DNA of 64,000 nt from assembly GCA_012295275.1 (NCBI GenBank), contig CM022671.1, positions 23,994,001 to 24,058,000 of the forward strand. Reading direction: 5' to 3'. Positions 1-16,107 of this stretch are shown piece by piece. The notes under the pieces are model-generated. The model saw only the letters and a program-made list of their open reading frames with translations, was not told where the DNA came from and did no database searches. The DNA is from Chrysomallon squamiferum (Eukaryota; Animalia; Mollusca). The number at the start of each line of letters is the position of its first letter. Position 1 is the stretch's first letter. The translations under genes and the position numbers were made by a program.

Positions 1-75
1 CCTCGTCTTCGAATGACAGATCCTTCAATATAAACAAATGAGTAATTCAGTTCCTTCTAACACGTTTGACAAAAA

Positions 76-196
76 GGGCGGAAAAAACTGAAATTCAGGA
101 TGGTTCAAAGAACCAATGAAATGCACAGTACTGTCTTGACCAATAACGTTTCCGATAATACAGTTAATTCAAATTGACTACAGTGAATCAGCCAAT
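76..196. promoter_or_regulatory. GC box plus three CCAAT boxes, possibly the promoter of a gene left of the window
   Basis: GGGCGG at 76-81 and CCAAT at 113-117, 140-144 and 192-196 within 120 bp. No gene start inside the window to assign them to. Confidence 0.3.
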
Positions 197-432
197 CACT
201 ATAGAGAAAAATTAAATTCCATCCTCGTTTGTTGAGTACTTACTGTTTTGTCTAGGATATGAGATATATTTCTTTTACATGCTCTCCCCTTATTAGTTTT
301 TTTTTTTTTTTTTTTTTTTTAACCGCTGATTTTCTCAGGGTTAGAATTATTTTCCTATTACCGGGATGTTAATATATCATAATGAATGTATGAAATTACT
401 CGTATTAGTACTCAAATGATGAATTTACGAAA

Positions 433-3237
<2,805 letters not shown>

Positions 3238-3247
3238 CTCCGCAGAA

Positions 3248-3290
<43 letters not shown>

Positions 3291-3561
3291 TATAATTAAA
3301 TAAATTTAAAAAAAAAAAAAAAAAAAATCCACCATTAACAAATACTAACAACAACAACAGCAACAACAACAATAAAAAACACAAACACGCATATAAATAA
3401 AACCTCATTATAATGCAACATTTTGTCACGGGTGAACAAATATCTAGGTTTTGTATCTATGTTTCACCCATTTCTTACGATAGACAGCCTATATATATAT
3501 AATAAAATAAAATAATAAAAAATAAATAAAATAAAACAAATATTACTACTACTACTACCAC

Positions 3562-3619
<58 letters not shown>

Positions 3620-4391
3620 CCCGTAGTGGATGATTAAACACCGGTAAAGTTCGATATCATTTTTTTGGGGAAAACACCATTTAAATAACATAATTTTAGG
3701 CTCACATATTCAGTGTTATGTTATTTCTACACCTCGCTGCACTGTAGGCAGCCAGTTTTCCGAATACAGCACCGGCTTATGAACAAGAAATTCAAGTTAT
3801 ATTCCTTTCTGCGTACCATAAATAGTTTCCGTACTTACGGAATCTTGTATGCATAAAAATATAACTTTAGCATTCGGTTTGAATTTTTTGTCAATTTAAT
3901 AAATAAATACATTAATATCTGAAAATTATGTTATCCCTAACTTAGCCTCATTATCGAACAGTCAGTGAGCCTTCTTCATTTCAGGGTCAGACTGGTTCCT
4001 TCAAGGTTGACCTTTACGTCATACAGCGTTTTACGTTAAATTATTGTGGTTATTATGATTATTGTTATTATTTAAGATTTTTATATTAATGTTATTTTTT
4101 CATTACACAAATAACATAATGAATAACTGTCGTAGTGTTTGCAGCCTTACCTTGAAAACTTTCTTCAAAAAAAAAAGAAGAAGAAAAAAAAAAAGTTGTA
4201 TCGTCGGTGACTGGATAAAAAGTCACAGGAAACAAAAAGCCTTCCGCCTTTCGACATAATAAAAATACGGTAGTAGACTTGACTCACGCTATTTAAATCA
4301 ATTCGTAACACAACGATACATTTCCCCGAAAATAAAAACCAAATATGTATGAGATGCTTTCAAAAAAAAAAAAAAAAAAAAAAAATGAAAA

Positions 4392-4446
<55 letters not shown>

Positions 4447-5600
4447 GAAAGCCTATAGATTAAAACAAAACGAAATAAAATATATTAAAAAAAAAAAAAA
4501 AATAAAAATAAAAATAAAATAAAATAAAATAAAATAATAAATAAACAAGACAAAAATACAGGAGAAAAGCAATACAAAATACATATGTAACTCATTAGAT
4601 CATAAAAAGAATTACAAGTAATATTAGCAACAACGGCAACAACAACAACAATAATAAAACAAACAAACAAATAAATAAGCGGATAAGTAAATAAATAAAT
4701 AAAAAAGATGGAAGTAGATGAAGAGCAACATCAACAAAACTATTAAATAAATAAATAAATAAATAAATAGATGAATAAATATTTATAAGACGAAATAGAC
4801 AAACAATAAAATAAACCATAAGCCAGTCTAATACAATTAACCTCGACTTCGAAAAGACGGCGTTATACGAGGCTGTCAAATCTCTCCATTCATAAGTTAC
4901 TTTACTAAAGAACAAAAGAAATTCAAAGTCGATTTTAACCCGGATATATAAAATTATTGGTGAAATGAAAATAGTTTTGAACGGAAGGTTGTGAGATATA
5001 AATAACTAACAGTCATTGTATAATATTTAATACTTTTTGATAACATAACTAATGATTTTTTTGGGGGGTTGTTGTAGTAACTATAATTATTTTAGCATAC
5101 AAACAATTTCATCGTTATAAAAAAAAAAAAAAAAGAAATAATAAAATGAAATAAAATGATTTAAAATGAAATAATGAAGAAATAAAGTTACGACAAGAAT
5201 ATCGAACGTCATCATTAAATATAGAAGGCATCAGCAACCGACAAACACATTGAGTGAATTTTAACGTGTAATAATAGCTAAATCTGAACTGACATAAAAT
5301 ATATGCTTAAAGTTCTTGGAATTTTCAGAGATTATCATGCATTCATCTGACAAAAAACAAAATATCGCGTGGACAGCTGCACCCTTGTTCCTCGTATGGG
5401 TGAAATATTCATATTTCCCATGACACTTATAAATAAATATCTGAATATTATTTTAAAGTCGAAATTCCGGGTTCAACAGTAGCCTTTGTTTTTTGTTTTG
5501 TTTGTATAATGTTTGCATTACTAAAGTTCCTTTTTCAAGGATTTCGCATACAGTCAAAACTAAAATAAAGTTAGATCGATCGATAGATATTTAAATAAAT

Positions 5601-5637
<37 letters not shown>

Positions 5638-6556
5638 ATAAATAATTAGAAACAAAAAAAAAAAAAAAAATATAATAATAAAAATAAAAAAGTAAATAAA
5701 AAAAAAATAATAACATAATAAAACTTCGTTATATAAAGCAAAGTTCTGTCACAAAGTTGAACAAATATCTAGGTTTTGTAACTGTAAGATGAAAGATAAT
5801 ATTTCACCCGTATCTTACAATATAGAGCGTGTCTTACTTGTTTGAATATAATAACCAACAACAACAGTAGTAGTAGCAGTAGTAATAATAATAATAAAAG
5901 AGAAATAACATATTTATTAAAAATTTAAAAATTGAACAAAAAACAAAAATAGAAAAACTAGATTAAAAAAATATAAAATAAAATAGCTCCAGCACAGACG
6001 AACGTGAAACAAAAATAACAAACTAAACAGAAACATTTAATTATAGAAAAAAAAAAAAAATGTATGCTTAAAGAACGAACAAGCGAGCGAGCAAACAAGA
6101 AAAGACTGCATTAATAAATGAATTGCTTATTTGGAGTTAAAATAATTTCCATATTAACGTCAGTCTGTAGCCGTGACCTTTACGATATTCTTCACCTTTA
6201 GTTTTAAATTATGTTTGATTAAAGATACATGATAACCTGATGCAGCTGTTGCAAACGAGAATATTATCATTTGGACTCTGAACTGTCGCACTGTCTGTCG
6301 TATTTCGATATTTCTCTGTAAACGGGGTCAAAGGAACGCTAGGCTAGCAGATTCTTCGACTGTCGTTAAAAACTTGACATTTCAACGATTTCTTTACGTT
6401 GATTCACACTTCATCTTAGCGTTTTGGGTCGAATTAAATTCAGTTTTAAATTGTATCAACAACAAGCAAAATAGTAAAAAAAGAATATCCTGTAAACAAC
6501 ATCACCATCATCATCCTCACCATAAACGACGCTGGCGTAAACAATAGCAACGAATG

Positions 6557-6616
<60 letters not shown>

Positions 6617-7318
6617 CAAAACATAATCAAAATGTTTATATGATTTTTAAAAATCTATAATAAAAACGGGTATTTTCGCTATGATTATTCGAAGGCAAGG
6701 AGTATAGTCGATATCTCAGTTCTGATTTTCCTAATTTTTAGTTTCATAAAAATTAATTAAATTATTAATTAATGCGACTCAGATCTGTCTGATGATAATA
6801 CTGAAACATTAGCATAACCATTCATTTTGTGTAAAAACGAATTTAGGACAAACTGATAAGACTTTATAACTGAAAATAAAAATCACTTGTAAAATATATA
6901 GATTGTGATCTTTAAAAAAAAAAAAAATAATAATAATAAAATAAAGAAAACAGAAAGAAAAAAGCAACATGAAAAAAAAAAAAAAAAAAAAAAAAAAACA
7001 ACTGTAAACTATTAAAAAAAAAAAAAAAAAAACGAACAAACAAACAAAATTTAATCAAATATCTTTTAATAATTTATGCAAAAAGAAAAACGAAAAAAAA
7101 AAAAAAAAAAAGTTCAAGATAAATATCTATATATTTATATTTATGTCTATTAATTTTAACTGTATAACCAAATTTTACTGATTTCCATAAAATCGGTAGT
7201 TCACACAACGTCTTGGTAATAAATTTTCCCGGTGTTTTTTGTAAGTTTTTGATTTTTTTACGCAATCCGTTTTCATTTTACCGCCTCACAGAAAGTCTGC
7301 CATGTTATTATTGGTTAA

Positions 7319-7326
7319 TATAAATA
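7319..7326 (+). promoter_or_regulatory. Candidate TATA box of IL-17 gene A
   Basis: TATAAATA with ATTGG (reverse CCAAT) at 7310-7314, about 260 bp upstream of the ATG at 7583. The AT-rich background lowers specificity. Confidence 0.35.
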
Positions 7327-7582
7327 CCCTGAGCTATAATATAACTATTCTGGGAATTTGTATTTATCACTTCTAAACTTAAAAAGTGACAAACGAACGT
7401 ATGTCGCTCAAACACGGAAGACGTAATTTTGATACTGTTTTCTTATTTGTCAGTTATACGGAAACGGAAAAAAAAGAAAAAAAGCAGAATACTTTGTACT
7501 GAAGGTATATATTAGCTAGACATGGCTAAGACTGGTATCTTTACTGAATTTGAAATATTAAGAAGGAGAAACCAGCAGAGAA

Positions 7583-7948
7583 ATGGAACATAATCAGGTA
7601 ATCTTCAGTTTCTTCTTTTATTTCAGTGTTTAGTGTTAGGTTGAAAAATGAATACTGTCCGATCAAAAGAGAATATATATATTTCTTTACTTGATAATAA
7701 ACATACAACAAATCATTAATTTTTTTTTACAAAAACTATTTTTTATTCAAAATAAATCCAAGCACAATAAAACTGTTATTGGGTATAAAATAATATAACA
7801 ATAGTTATTCAGTTCTTTGGAAAATGAATGTTAAATGATATTTAATTTAATTTAATTTTTTTTTTTTTTAATTGAATTGAATTAACAATTAAATATTTAG
7901 AGTTCTTATTCTTGCAATCTAATTACACTGATGTACAAAAGTAAATTT

Positions 7949-8014
<66 letters not shown>

Positions 8015-8249
8015 TTTACTATTAATAATAATAACTTACTTTTTACATTTTCCTATTTATTTATTTTATTATTACTTTTATATATGAGATAATATATTTA
8101 TAGTAGATAAATAAAAAGTTAAATTATTTGTTTTTCATATTTTTATTAACTAAAATTAACTAAAGATATCGAATGAATTAAATATTTTATTCACAAGAAG
8201 GTCAAGTTAAATGTTGCGTAAAAATTCTCAAATTGTTTTTCGTTAAATG

Positions 8250-8286
<37 letters not shown>

Positions 8287-9098
8287 GTAGTAGTAGTAGT
8301 ATTAGTATTATAAGTATCATCATCATCATTATTATTACTACTACTACTGTTACTACTACTACTGCTACTACTACTAAAGAGATAAAAAAAAAAAAAAAAA
8401 TGTAAACACGTAGAGAATTTAGGATAGGTCTGGAAACTATTTTCAAACCATGTGCAAACTTGGACGGTTCTGGGGAATTCCCTATGTTTAGAATTCATGT
8501 ATCATCATTCCTTATTTTTAAATATTTCTATTTATTTATTTTATATTATAATTACTTTTATTTACGATAAAATATGTCTATAATATATAAATAAAAAGTT
8601 AAATTAATTGTTTTTCATATTTTTATTAACTAAAATTAAATAAAGATATGGAACGGATTTAACTTTTTATTCACAATTAGAAAAGTTAAATGTTGCCTAA
8701 AATATTGACAAATTGTTTTTCGTTAAATGATTTTTATTATTATTATAAGTGTCATTATTATTATTATTATTACTAAAAAGATAATTAAAAAAGTACACAA
8801 TTTAGGATAGGTCTAGAAATTATTTTCAAACAATGTGCAAATACGGTCTGTTCTGGGAAATTCTCTATGTTTAGAATTCATATATTTTAATGCCTTATTT
8901 TCAACATTTTGCTATTTACTTATTCTTTTGCGAGGATATATATTTAAAATATATGAATAAAAAAGTTAAAATAATTGTTTTTCATATTTTTATTAAAATT
9001 AAATTTAAAAAAGAATATTTAATGAATTAAATCTTGCGGAATATATTCAAATAGTTATCGTTAAATGATTTTTATTCATTTATCACCATTATTATTGC

Positions 9099-9145
<47 letters not shown>

Positions 9146-9645
9146 CTGTTGTTGTTGTTGTTATTTATTTATTTGTAAAAAATTATAATTATTTTTCGAA
9201 TTTAACAATTACTCATTCTCCATTCTATCTACAATTATTATTCTAAACATTAAAAAAAAACGAATATTCTTTCTAACCAAACTGTCATCTGGTTTATTTA
9301 ACTATTTCACACTTCGTATTACAGTTACGCATCTTCTTCATCATAATCGTCGCCGTCGTCGTCACCGTACTATCAAATCCGTGCGACGACAGTTTTAACG
9401 ACGACAGCAACGCCCCTCCTTCGCCGCCCGTCACTTCACCGTTTGACCTTGACGAGTCGTTTTACTTGCTGAGAGTTCTGAGGAAGACGTTCAGCGGTGA
9501 ACCTCCGCGGTTCCGCTCTCCGACAGCCTCCATAATACACTTTGCAGGAAAAACGTCGTGCAGCTACTCGCAAAGTACGTGTGAAAAATATATCACGAAA
9601 TGTTATGTATCTATATCTATGTCTATATATCTATCTACATCTATA

Positions 9646-9724
<79 letters not shown>

Positions 9725-10137
9725 ATATATATATATATTAAAAACGTACAGACATACAGACATTAAAAACGAAAACCTAATTCACTTATTATTTTTCGAT
9801 TTATTATTATTATTATTATTAATTAATTAATTAATTATTTTGTTTTATTATTATATTTCTTTTAAATTTCGCAGAAAAAGAAAATGACATCTTCCACTCA
9901 TCACATTCAGTTTATTAAGCAGCATACTTTTTTTGTTACACTTTTATATCGTCCAATATTCAGTATGAATTAAACCTTATTTAATTATTATTATTATTAT
10001 TTATTTAATATTTTTATGACCAGAAAACATTCTGTCGTAATTTTAATGTTGTCATTTTAACCCGGTGATGTTGTTGTTGTTGTTATTATTATTGTTATAA
10101 TTATTATTATTATTATTATTATTATTATTTATTATTA

Positions 10138-10181
<44 letters not shown>

Positions 10182-10578
10182 TTTTATTACTATTTTTTTT
10201 TTTTTTTTTTCAGATGACACTTCTGGCTTTCCACTAGTATATTCAAAATCCACGTGCAAATCCTATTTGGTCCTGAACTACGATCCGTTCAGGATTCCTA
10301 GCACAGTGGTTGAGGTACGCTGTGCATGTGACCACTGTCGGTCGAGGTCTGCGACGCGTATTTCCGTCAACGTCTGCAGGCCGATTTTCTACTACCGCCG
10401 AATGTGGCGTCGAAAATGTAACAAGAAAACGAAGAGATACGTCAGTGTTGAAGTACTGGAACCGCTCGTTGTGGGCTGTACCTGTGTTAATGTGCCCACA
10501 GAGAAAATACACCCCAAGAAACACGCATCTCCGTATAGGATGCAGAAAAAGATGAAGAAGATGAAGAAGAATATTTAG
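7583..10578 (+). CDS. IL17: Interleukin-17 family cytokine A (209 aa, secreted cystine knot)
   Basis: Exons 7583-7597 (MEHNQ, least certain), 9325-9574, 10214-10578; total 630 nt, open. Signal peptide LRIFFIIIVAVVVTVLS. IL-17 core STCKSYLVLNYDPFRIPSTVVEVRCACDHC...CRPIFYYRRMWRRKC...EPLVVGCTC. Confidence 0.9.
8040..9080. repeat. Tandem duplication, about 2.5 copies of a 400-480 bp unit, in intron 1 of IL-17 A
   Basis: Block aataaaaagttaaa..ttgtttttcatatttttattaa..cgttaaatgat recurs at ~8110, ~8590 and ~8957. Block aatttaggataggtc..tgtgcaaa..tatgtttagaattca recurs at ~8417 and ~8799. Confidence 0.9.
8472..8482. promoter_or_regulatory. Perfect NF-kB (Rel) site GGGGAATTCCC
   Basis: Matches consensus GGGRNNYYCC as the palindrome GGGAATTCCC, inside very AT-rich intron DNA of a cytokine gene. 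Confidence 0.5.
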
Positions 10579-11943
10579 GGATAAAAATTAAAAAAAAAAA
10601 AAAAAAATCAGCTTCTCTCAAAAGTTTGTTTTTAATTTAAATTTTTTAATAATTGAATATTACGCTTGTTTATTTGATAAAAAATGTTAAAATGTTAGAA
10701 TAAATGAAAAATTAATGATTTTATTCATTTATTAACTTACAGTATTATTGTTAAATATTTATTGCCTTATATAAAAGACGTTAATATATGTTTTTGTATG
10801 TCTAGAAAAAATATTTAAATTACGCTTGTGATCAGTTTTTTAAAGCAATTATATTTTTATTATATGCTCTGACTATTTATATATTTATCATACTGTTAGA
10901 CTCACATTTGTGGCTAATTTTAGAACAAGATCATACAGAACATTTTTTATAATAATACAGTGTAAAAAAAAAAAAAAAAAAAAAGGTAGTTTCTGTGAAA
11001 CATTTATTATTTTGTAAATTATCTGTTGACGTTACAACGTATGTAGTTTCAACGAAACGTGTAAGTAATTTTGTTTTTATCATTTGTACAATTTTTGAAC
11101 CGTTATTGTTATTAATATATATTATACAACACCAAATTATAACTTGTATTTGCTTTGAAGCTTTCAGTGATTATTTAACTTTTATTCATAAATTTGTTTA
11201 AAATAGTGAAATACATCGATGTTGTATTACTGCCATTGTTTGTTAAGTTTCTCAGCAACACAATGTCATCATTTATGTCGATTCTCAGCCTCTGTACTGG
11301 GTGTTTTTATTTGGCTTGACAATAAAACTGATCATAATCTAGTGGTTTTTGTTATCAGCACTTTTTGTTTTAATTTGTCTTCGTAATAAAACGGATTATT
11401 ATTCAACGGTTTTTTGCTTCGTATGTTTGAAGATTTAAGCACATGTATTAAATTAACGATATGTTAGTCTGTAATTATATTCCGACTTGAGTTGAGCAAA
11501 CACATTTTTTTAACAGTTTATTTAAATGTATTACTGGTATGTATACTTATGAAGAAGATGCAGATTCTGTATCTTAGATGATTTGCGTAACTGAAAAGAT
11601 GGCGTCTTAAGTGTAACATTTATGTCACTTGAATTACATAATGAAGTTAAAAAAAAAAAAAAAATAAAATAAAATAAAATAAAAATAATATTAATAAAAA
11701 AAAAAAAAAAAAAAAAAAATATCTAATAATGATAATAATAATAATAATAAAATAAAATAAATAAATAAAACAAAGCAACAATAACAAAGCAAAAAACAAA
11801 CAAACAAATAAACAAAAAAAAAAAAAAAATTAAAGAACGAAAAAAAGAAAGGAAGGAAAAGAATAAATGATAAAAACAAAAGAAAACAAAAAGCTATTTA
11901 AAATTAATTCAGAGTCAGTGAAGTGAAGTGAAAAAAAATTAAC

Positions 11944-12283
11944 GTGCTAATCAGAGCAAGGTGTTGTGAAGCACGTCTACGACGGGCACGTTTTCTGACA
12001 GGTCAGCGGGCGTGTCCGTCGCAGAAAAGAGTTTTGGGTAAGGAAAGAGAGTGGGTTCTCGTTACGAGTGCAGGACACAAGGGAGTGTCCAGCACATCGG
12101 ATCGTAACGAGAATAATTCAGAGTCAAAATTTCAGGCTTAATGTAGCAGTAATTGCAATGGTGCGAACAGTGGTAGAAGTAGACGTAACAATAATAAAAA
12201 CAGCAGGGAAAACTACTACTACTAATCTTATTACTATAACTGCTATAATAACAACACTTATTATCACCACTATTAAATTCTGC

Positions 12284-12325
<42 letters not shown>

Positions 12326-12405
12326 AATTATTATTCCTTGTGAAGCCTCACCTTCTCTGGAAAGCACATACGTAATGCATTAATGTGGAGCGGGCTGTAC
12401 GGCTG
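11944..12405 (+). pseudogene. Probable degenerate IL-17 paralogue fragment
   Basis: FLTGQRACP (11992-12018) versus YFTGQRKCP of gene C, 17/21 nt identical over TGQR.CP. Followed by a phase-1 G|GTAAG donor at 12038, then TRECP, TVVEV (12167-12181) and AGCT (12390-12401) in IL-17 order but in broken frames. Confidence 0.5.
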
Positions 12406-12665
12406 GAATATGATTTAGCTGACTATGAGAAGGTACAAATGAAATATTTCTCTTGTTAATAATCTATTAAAAAAAAGCCTAGGAAATTGAGGTAGCTGGT
12501 TTCTTCTCTCAATATAATCAGTTTAATAAATAATATATGCTGAAGTATTATATTCCCGTTACTAAATAACTTCGAATTCGAATTTATTTGTGACACAATA
12601 ATAATAATAATAATGCTAATAATAATAATAATAATAATAATGATAACAACAACAACAACAACAAC

Positions 12666-12732
<67 letters not shown>

Positions 12733-13009
12733 GCATAAAAAATAAAGAAAGATGTTTAAGAAAGAAGGCTACAACGATCGAGGTAATAACAAAATTATTT
12801 TAGTGTATGATTACTGGAGCTATATTAAAATTAGCAACATGTTATGTAATAAACTGCACGTTTTGGCAATGCCAGGGTTTTATACATTTATATCTTATCT
12901 GCAGTCAACTTACTTTCTCTGTCTTTGACTTCTGTTTTTATTTATAACTATTTTTTCTTTTAAAATTAGTTGTTCTACTGTTGAAAAGTAATTTACATAT
13001 CTACATCTA

Positions 13010-13056
<47 letters not shown>

Positions 13057-14210
13057 ATATATATATATATGTATGTATGTATGTGTATATATATATATAT
13101 ATTGTAAATAAATTCAATAAAGAAATAAAGAAAAAAAGAAAGAAGCAAAGAAATGATTAAATAATTAACTAAATAAATAACTAAACAAACACACACACAT
13201 ATATTCAAACAAATAAACAAATTGTAAATAAATTAAAAAAAGTAAATAAATAAATAAATAAATAAATAACAGCTAAATCGATATAGTGAAATTATATAAT
13301 TATTTAATTAAGTTAATGTTTATAATTCTTCACTTCTCTGTTCTGTGTCTTTCTCTTTTGTTTTGTTTTAATGTTATTGTAACTCTGCCTTTTCCACGCG
13401 TGTTTATTTTCACTCTCATTGTTGCTGTAGTGGTGTAACCACACACTTACAATATTCCCATTGATCTAAAGGACAAGATTAGGGTTTTTTTTTCCTCCAC
13501 TTTATCTCATTTTTATAATGCTAACTAGACCGCTGGGTGATCCTGAGCTGTTTTAGTGCATGTATGGACACTTGCAGATGAAGGCGATAATTGTGTTCAA
13601 GCTACACATGGGAAGATAGACAAATTTCTTATATCGCTGTCACACTATGGGAATATCTAAGCATATTCTATTCATCAAAAAAAAAAAAAAAAAAAAAATC
13701 ATGCACTCCCTAGTCCACGTAATTCTTCCAAGAAAAGACTCAAGCTAAGTATGCATTATTACGTAATCCGCTCTCATAATCTCCTACTAGTTTTGAAATG
13801 AAATTTCCCAATAATCCACAGAGTGCAATAGTCAGTTCCGTAATTTTAACGTTTAATATTTTAATCCCTATTTGTATATTTTTAGTTCACCTCACAGTAG
13901 TTATTTATAAAGCCACTACTTGTTGATTCCCTTCCTCTACGTCAGACTCCGGGTAACTGGATACTGTGTATTGGATATCAGGCAGCTGGATATCAGATAG
14001 CATAGCAACGCGCGAGCTTTCTTTATTATGCTTCATTATTTTATTTTAAAACCAAGATAATAGAAAATTAGGAAGATCATCACACAGATATCGATGTAGG
14101 AAAACCCAACAGGATCTGTTCCTGACAACAGTGAACTGAGAACTATAAACACAAAATAGTTACCTGTAGTACGCGAAGCTTGAATGAATAGGGGCAGGTG
14201 TCAATGTCGA

Positions 14211-14278
14211 CCAATCAAAACGTAGTGGGTTATCTCCCGCGTCAACCATTGGCTATCGTGGACAGACCTTCAACCAAT
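14211..14278 (+). promoter_or_regulatory. Triple CCAAT (NF-Y type) promoter module of IL-17 gene B
   Basis: CCAAT 14211-14215, ATTGG 14248-14252, CCAAT 14274-14278 in a CpG-containing island about 310-375 bp upstream of the ATG. Confidence 0.45.
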
Positions 14279-14364
14279 CGTGAAAGGTACACGATCGGAA
14301 TGGTTAGGGATGCGATGAAATAAAATCTACACATGAACAAATTTTAAAAAGGAATGAAAAAAAA

Positions 14365-14397
<33 letters not shown>

Positions 14398-14585
14398 AAA
14401 AACACACACCCAGATGTTAACGATAGCTTTTCTTTCTTTTGAAAGATATTTATCCTGTTTTTTTTTTTTTTTTTTTTTTTTTTATAAATTTTTGTAAAAC
14501 AATAGGCTGTTTGAGTGGGTGTGATACACCTCAAGTATTTATTTAAGCTTTGGCAAACAGAAACAGAATTATTTTAAGTACCAAA

Positions 14586-14615
14586 ATGTCTGGGTCTGCA
14601 CTTGTTCAGGTCAAT

Positions 14616-14652
<37 letters not shown>

Positions 14653-15344
14653 TATAAATTTGGTTTATTACTTTGTCACTTGCAACAATAAATTAAATGT
14701 TTTATTTTTGTCAACTTTATGACTTGCTGGTTTATCGATTTGTGATAAATTTCACTTACAGATAAAGTCAAGTATTTCGTTTTGCGAATGAATGGTTACT
14801 GATATTAAAATTTAATTTAATTTAAATTAAAAATTTTATTTTTATTTTGTTTCATTATTATCATTAGTGAACCTAATTAATCTACATTTAACTTATGATA
14901 TTATTTAGATACAAAACTAACCGATAAATATTTATTTATTTATTTATTATAATTATTATTATTATTATTATTATTATTTATTTTATTTATTTATATTTTA
15001 TAATAATTATTTTTATTATTATTATTAATATTATTATTATTATTATTAATTATTTTTTTTTAATTGTTTTTTTTATAGATTTTATTAGTGGCAGTATTTA
15101 CAACACAGTTCATGCGTACGTCCAGCAATGCGTGTGAAAACGACTACACCCTTCCACCACAGCTGCAGTCATCAGAGGAAGAAGTGGACGAGACATTTTT
15201 TCAACTTCTGCGTCATCAACGTGAACTACGACATCACAGACACAGAAATGTATCGGAAACGTATCTGTACGGAGATTGCAACTGTACGACTGAAAACAAG
15301 ACGTACTGCAGCCACCCTGTTTCCAGAAATGGTAAAACATTTAT

Positions 15345-15375
<31 letters not shown>

Positions 15376-16069
15376 GCTGCTGCTGCTACCTCTATAACTA
15401 CTGTTACAACTACTACTATAACTACTACTGTTACTACTACTACTAGTACTATAACAATAACTAATAGTACAGCTTCGACGACAACTACTACAAATACTAT
15501 TTCAACTACTACGACTACCAGTACTACTGCTCCTGCTACTGCTTCTAATACAACCACCGTTACCACTACAACAACAACTACTACTATTTTATTATGAGCA
15601 AATGCCGATGTTTTCAATTGTTAATTATTAGAATTAGTGAAATTATCGATCTTACCATTAAGGAATAATTATATTTTACATTCGAATAATAACAGAGTAT
15701 TATGCACTGACTTGAATACTACCTGGTAGATTTTAGAATCGATACTCCATTATGCTATATAAGGGTTATTTCCCGTTTTATTGTCAATAGTTTATCAATG
15801 AGCATTACTCTTTAGAGCAAGGTGCAAATAAATAAATAATAATAATAATAAATAAAGAAATAAAAAAAATAAAAAGACTGAAAGAATGAAAGAAAGGATT
15901 TAAAGTATACTATATAAGAAATGAATAAAATAAATAAAATAAAAATATGTTCGTAAACAGATTAAAATCTAACATTCACTTATGGCATTTTTTGGCAACT
16001 CACTCATAAAAAATAGTGATTTATACAACCAGTGTTACATACGAGATAATTTCTTCCTTATTACACATA

Positions 16070-16107
<38 letters not shown>

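Noticed and set aside
10579-11330. ATTTA (AU-rich) elements in IL-17 3' UTRs
   Set aside because: Expected for cytokines but not distinguishable from background in DNA this AT-rich.
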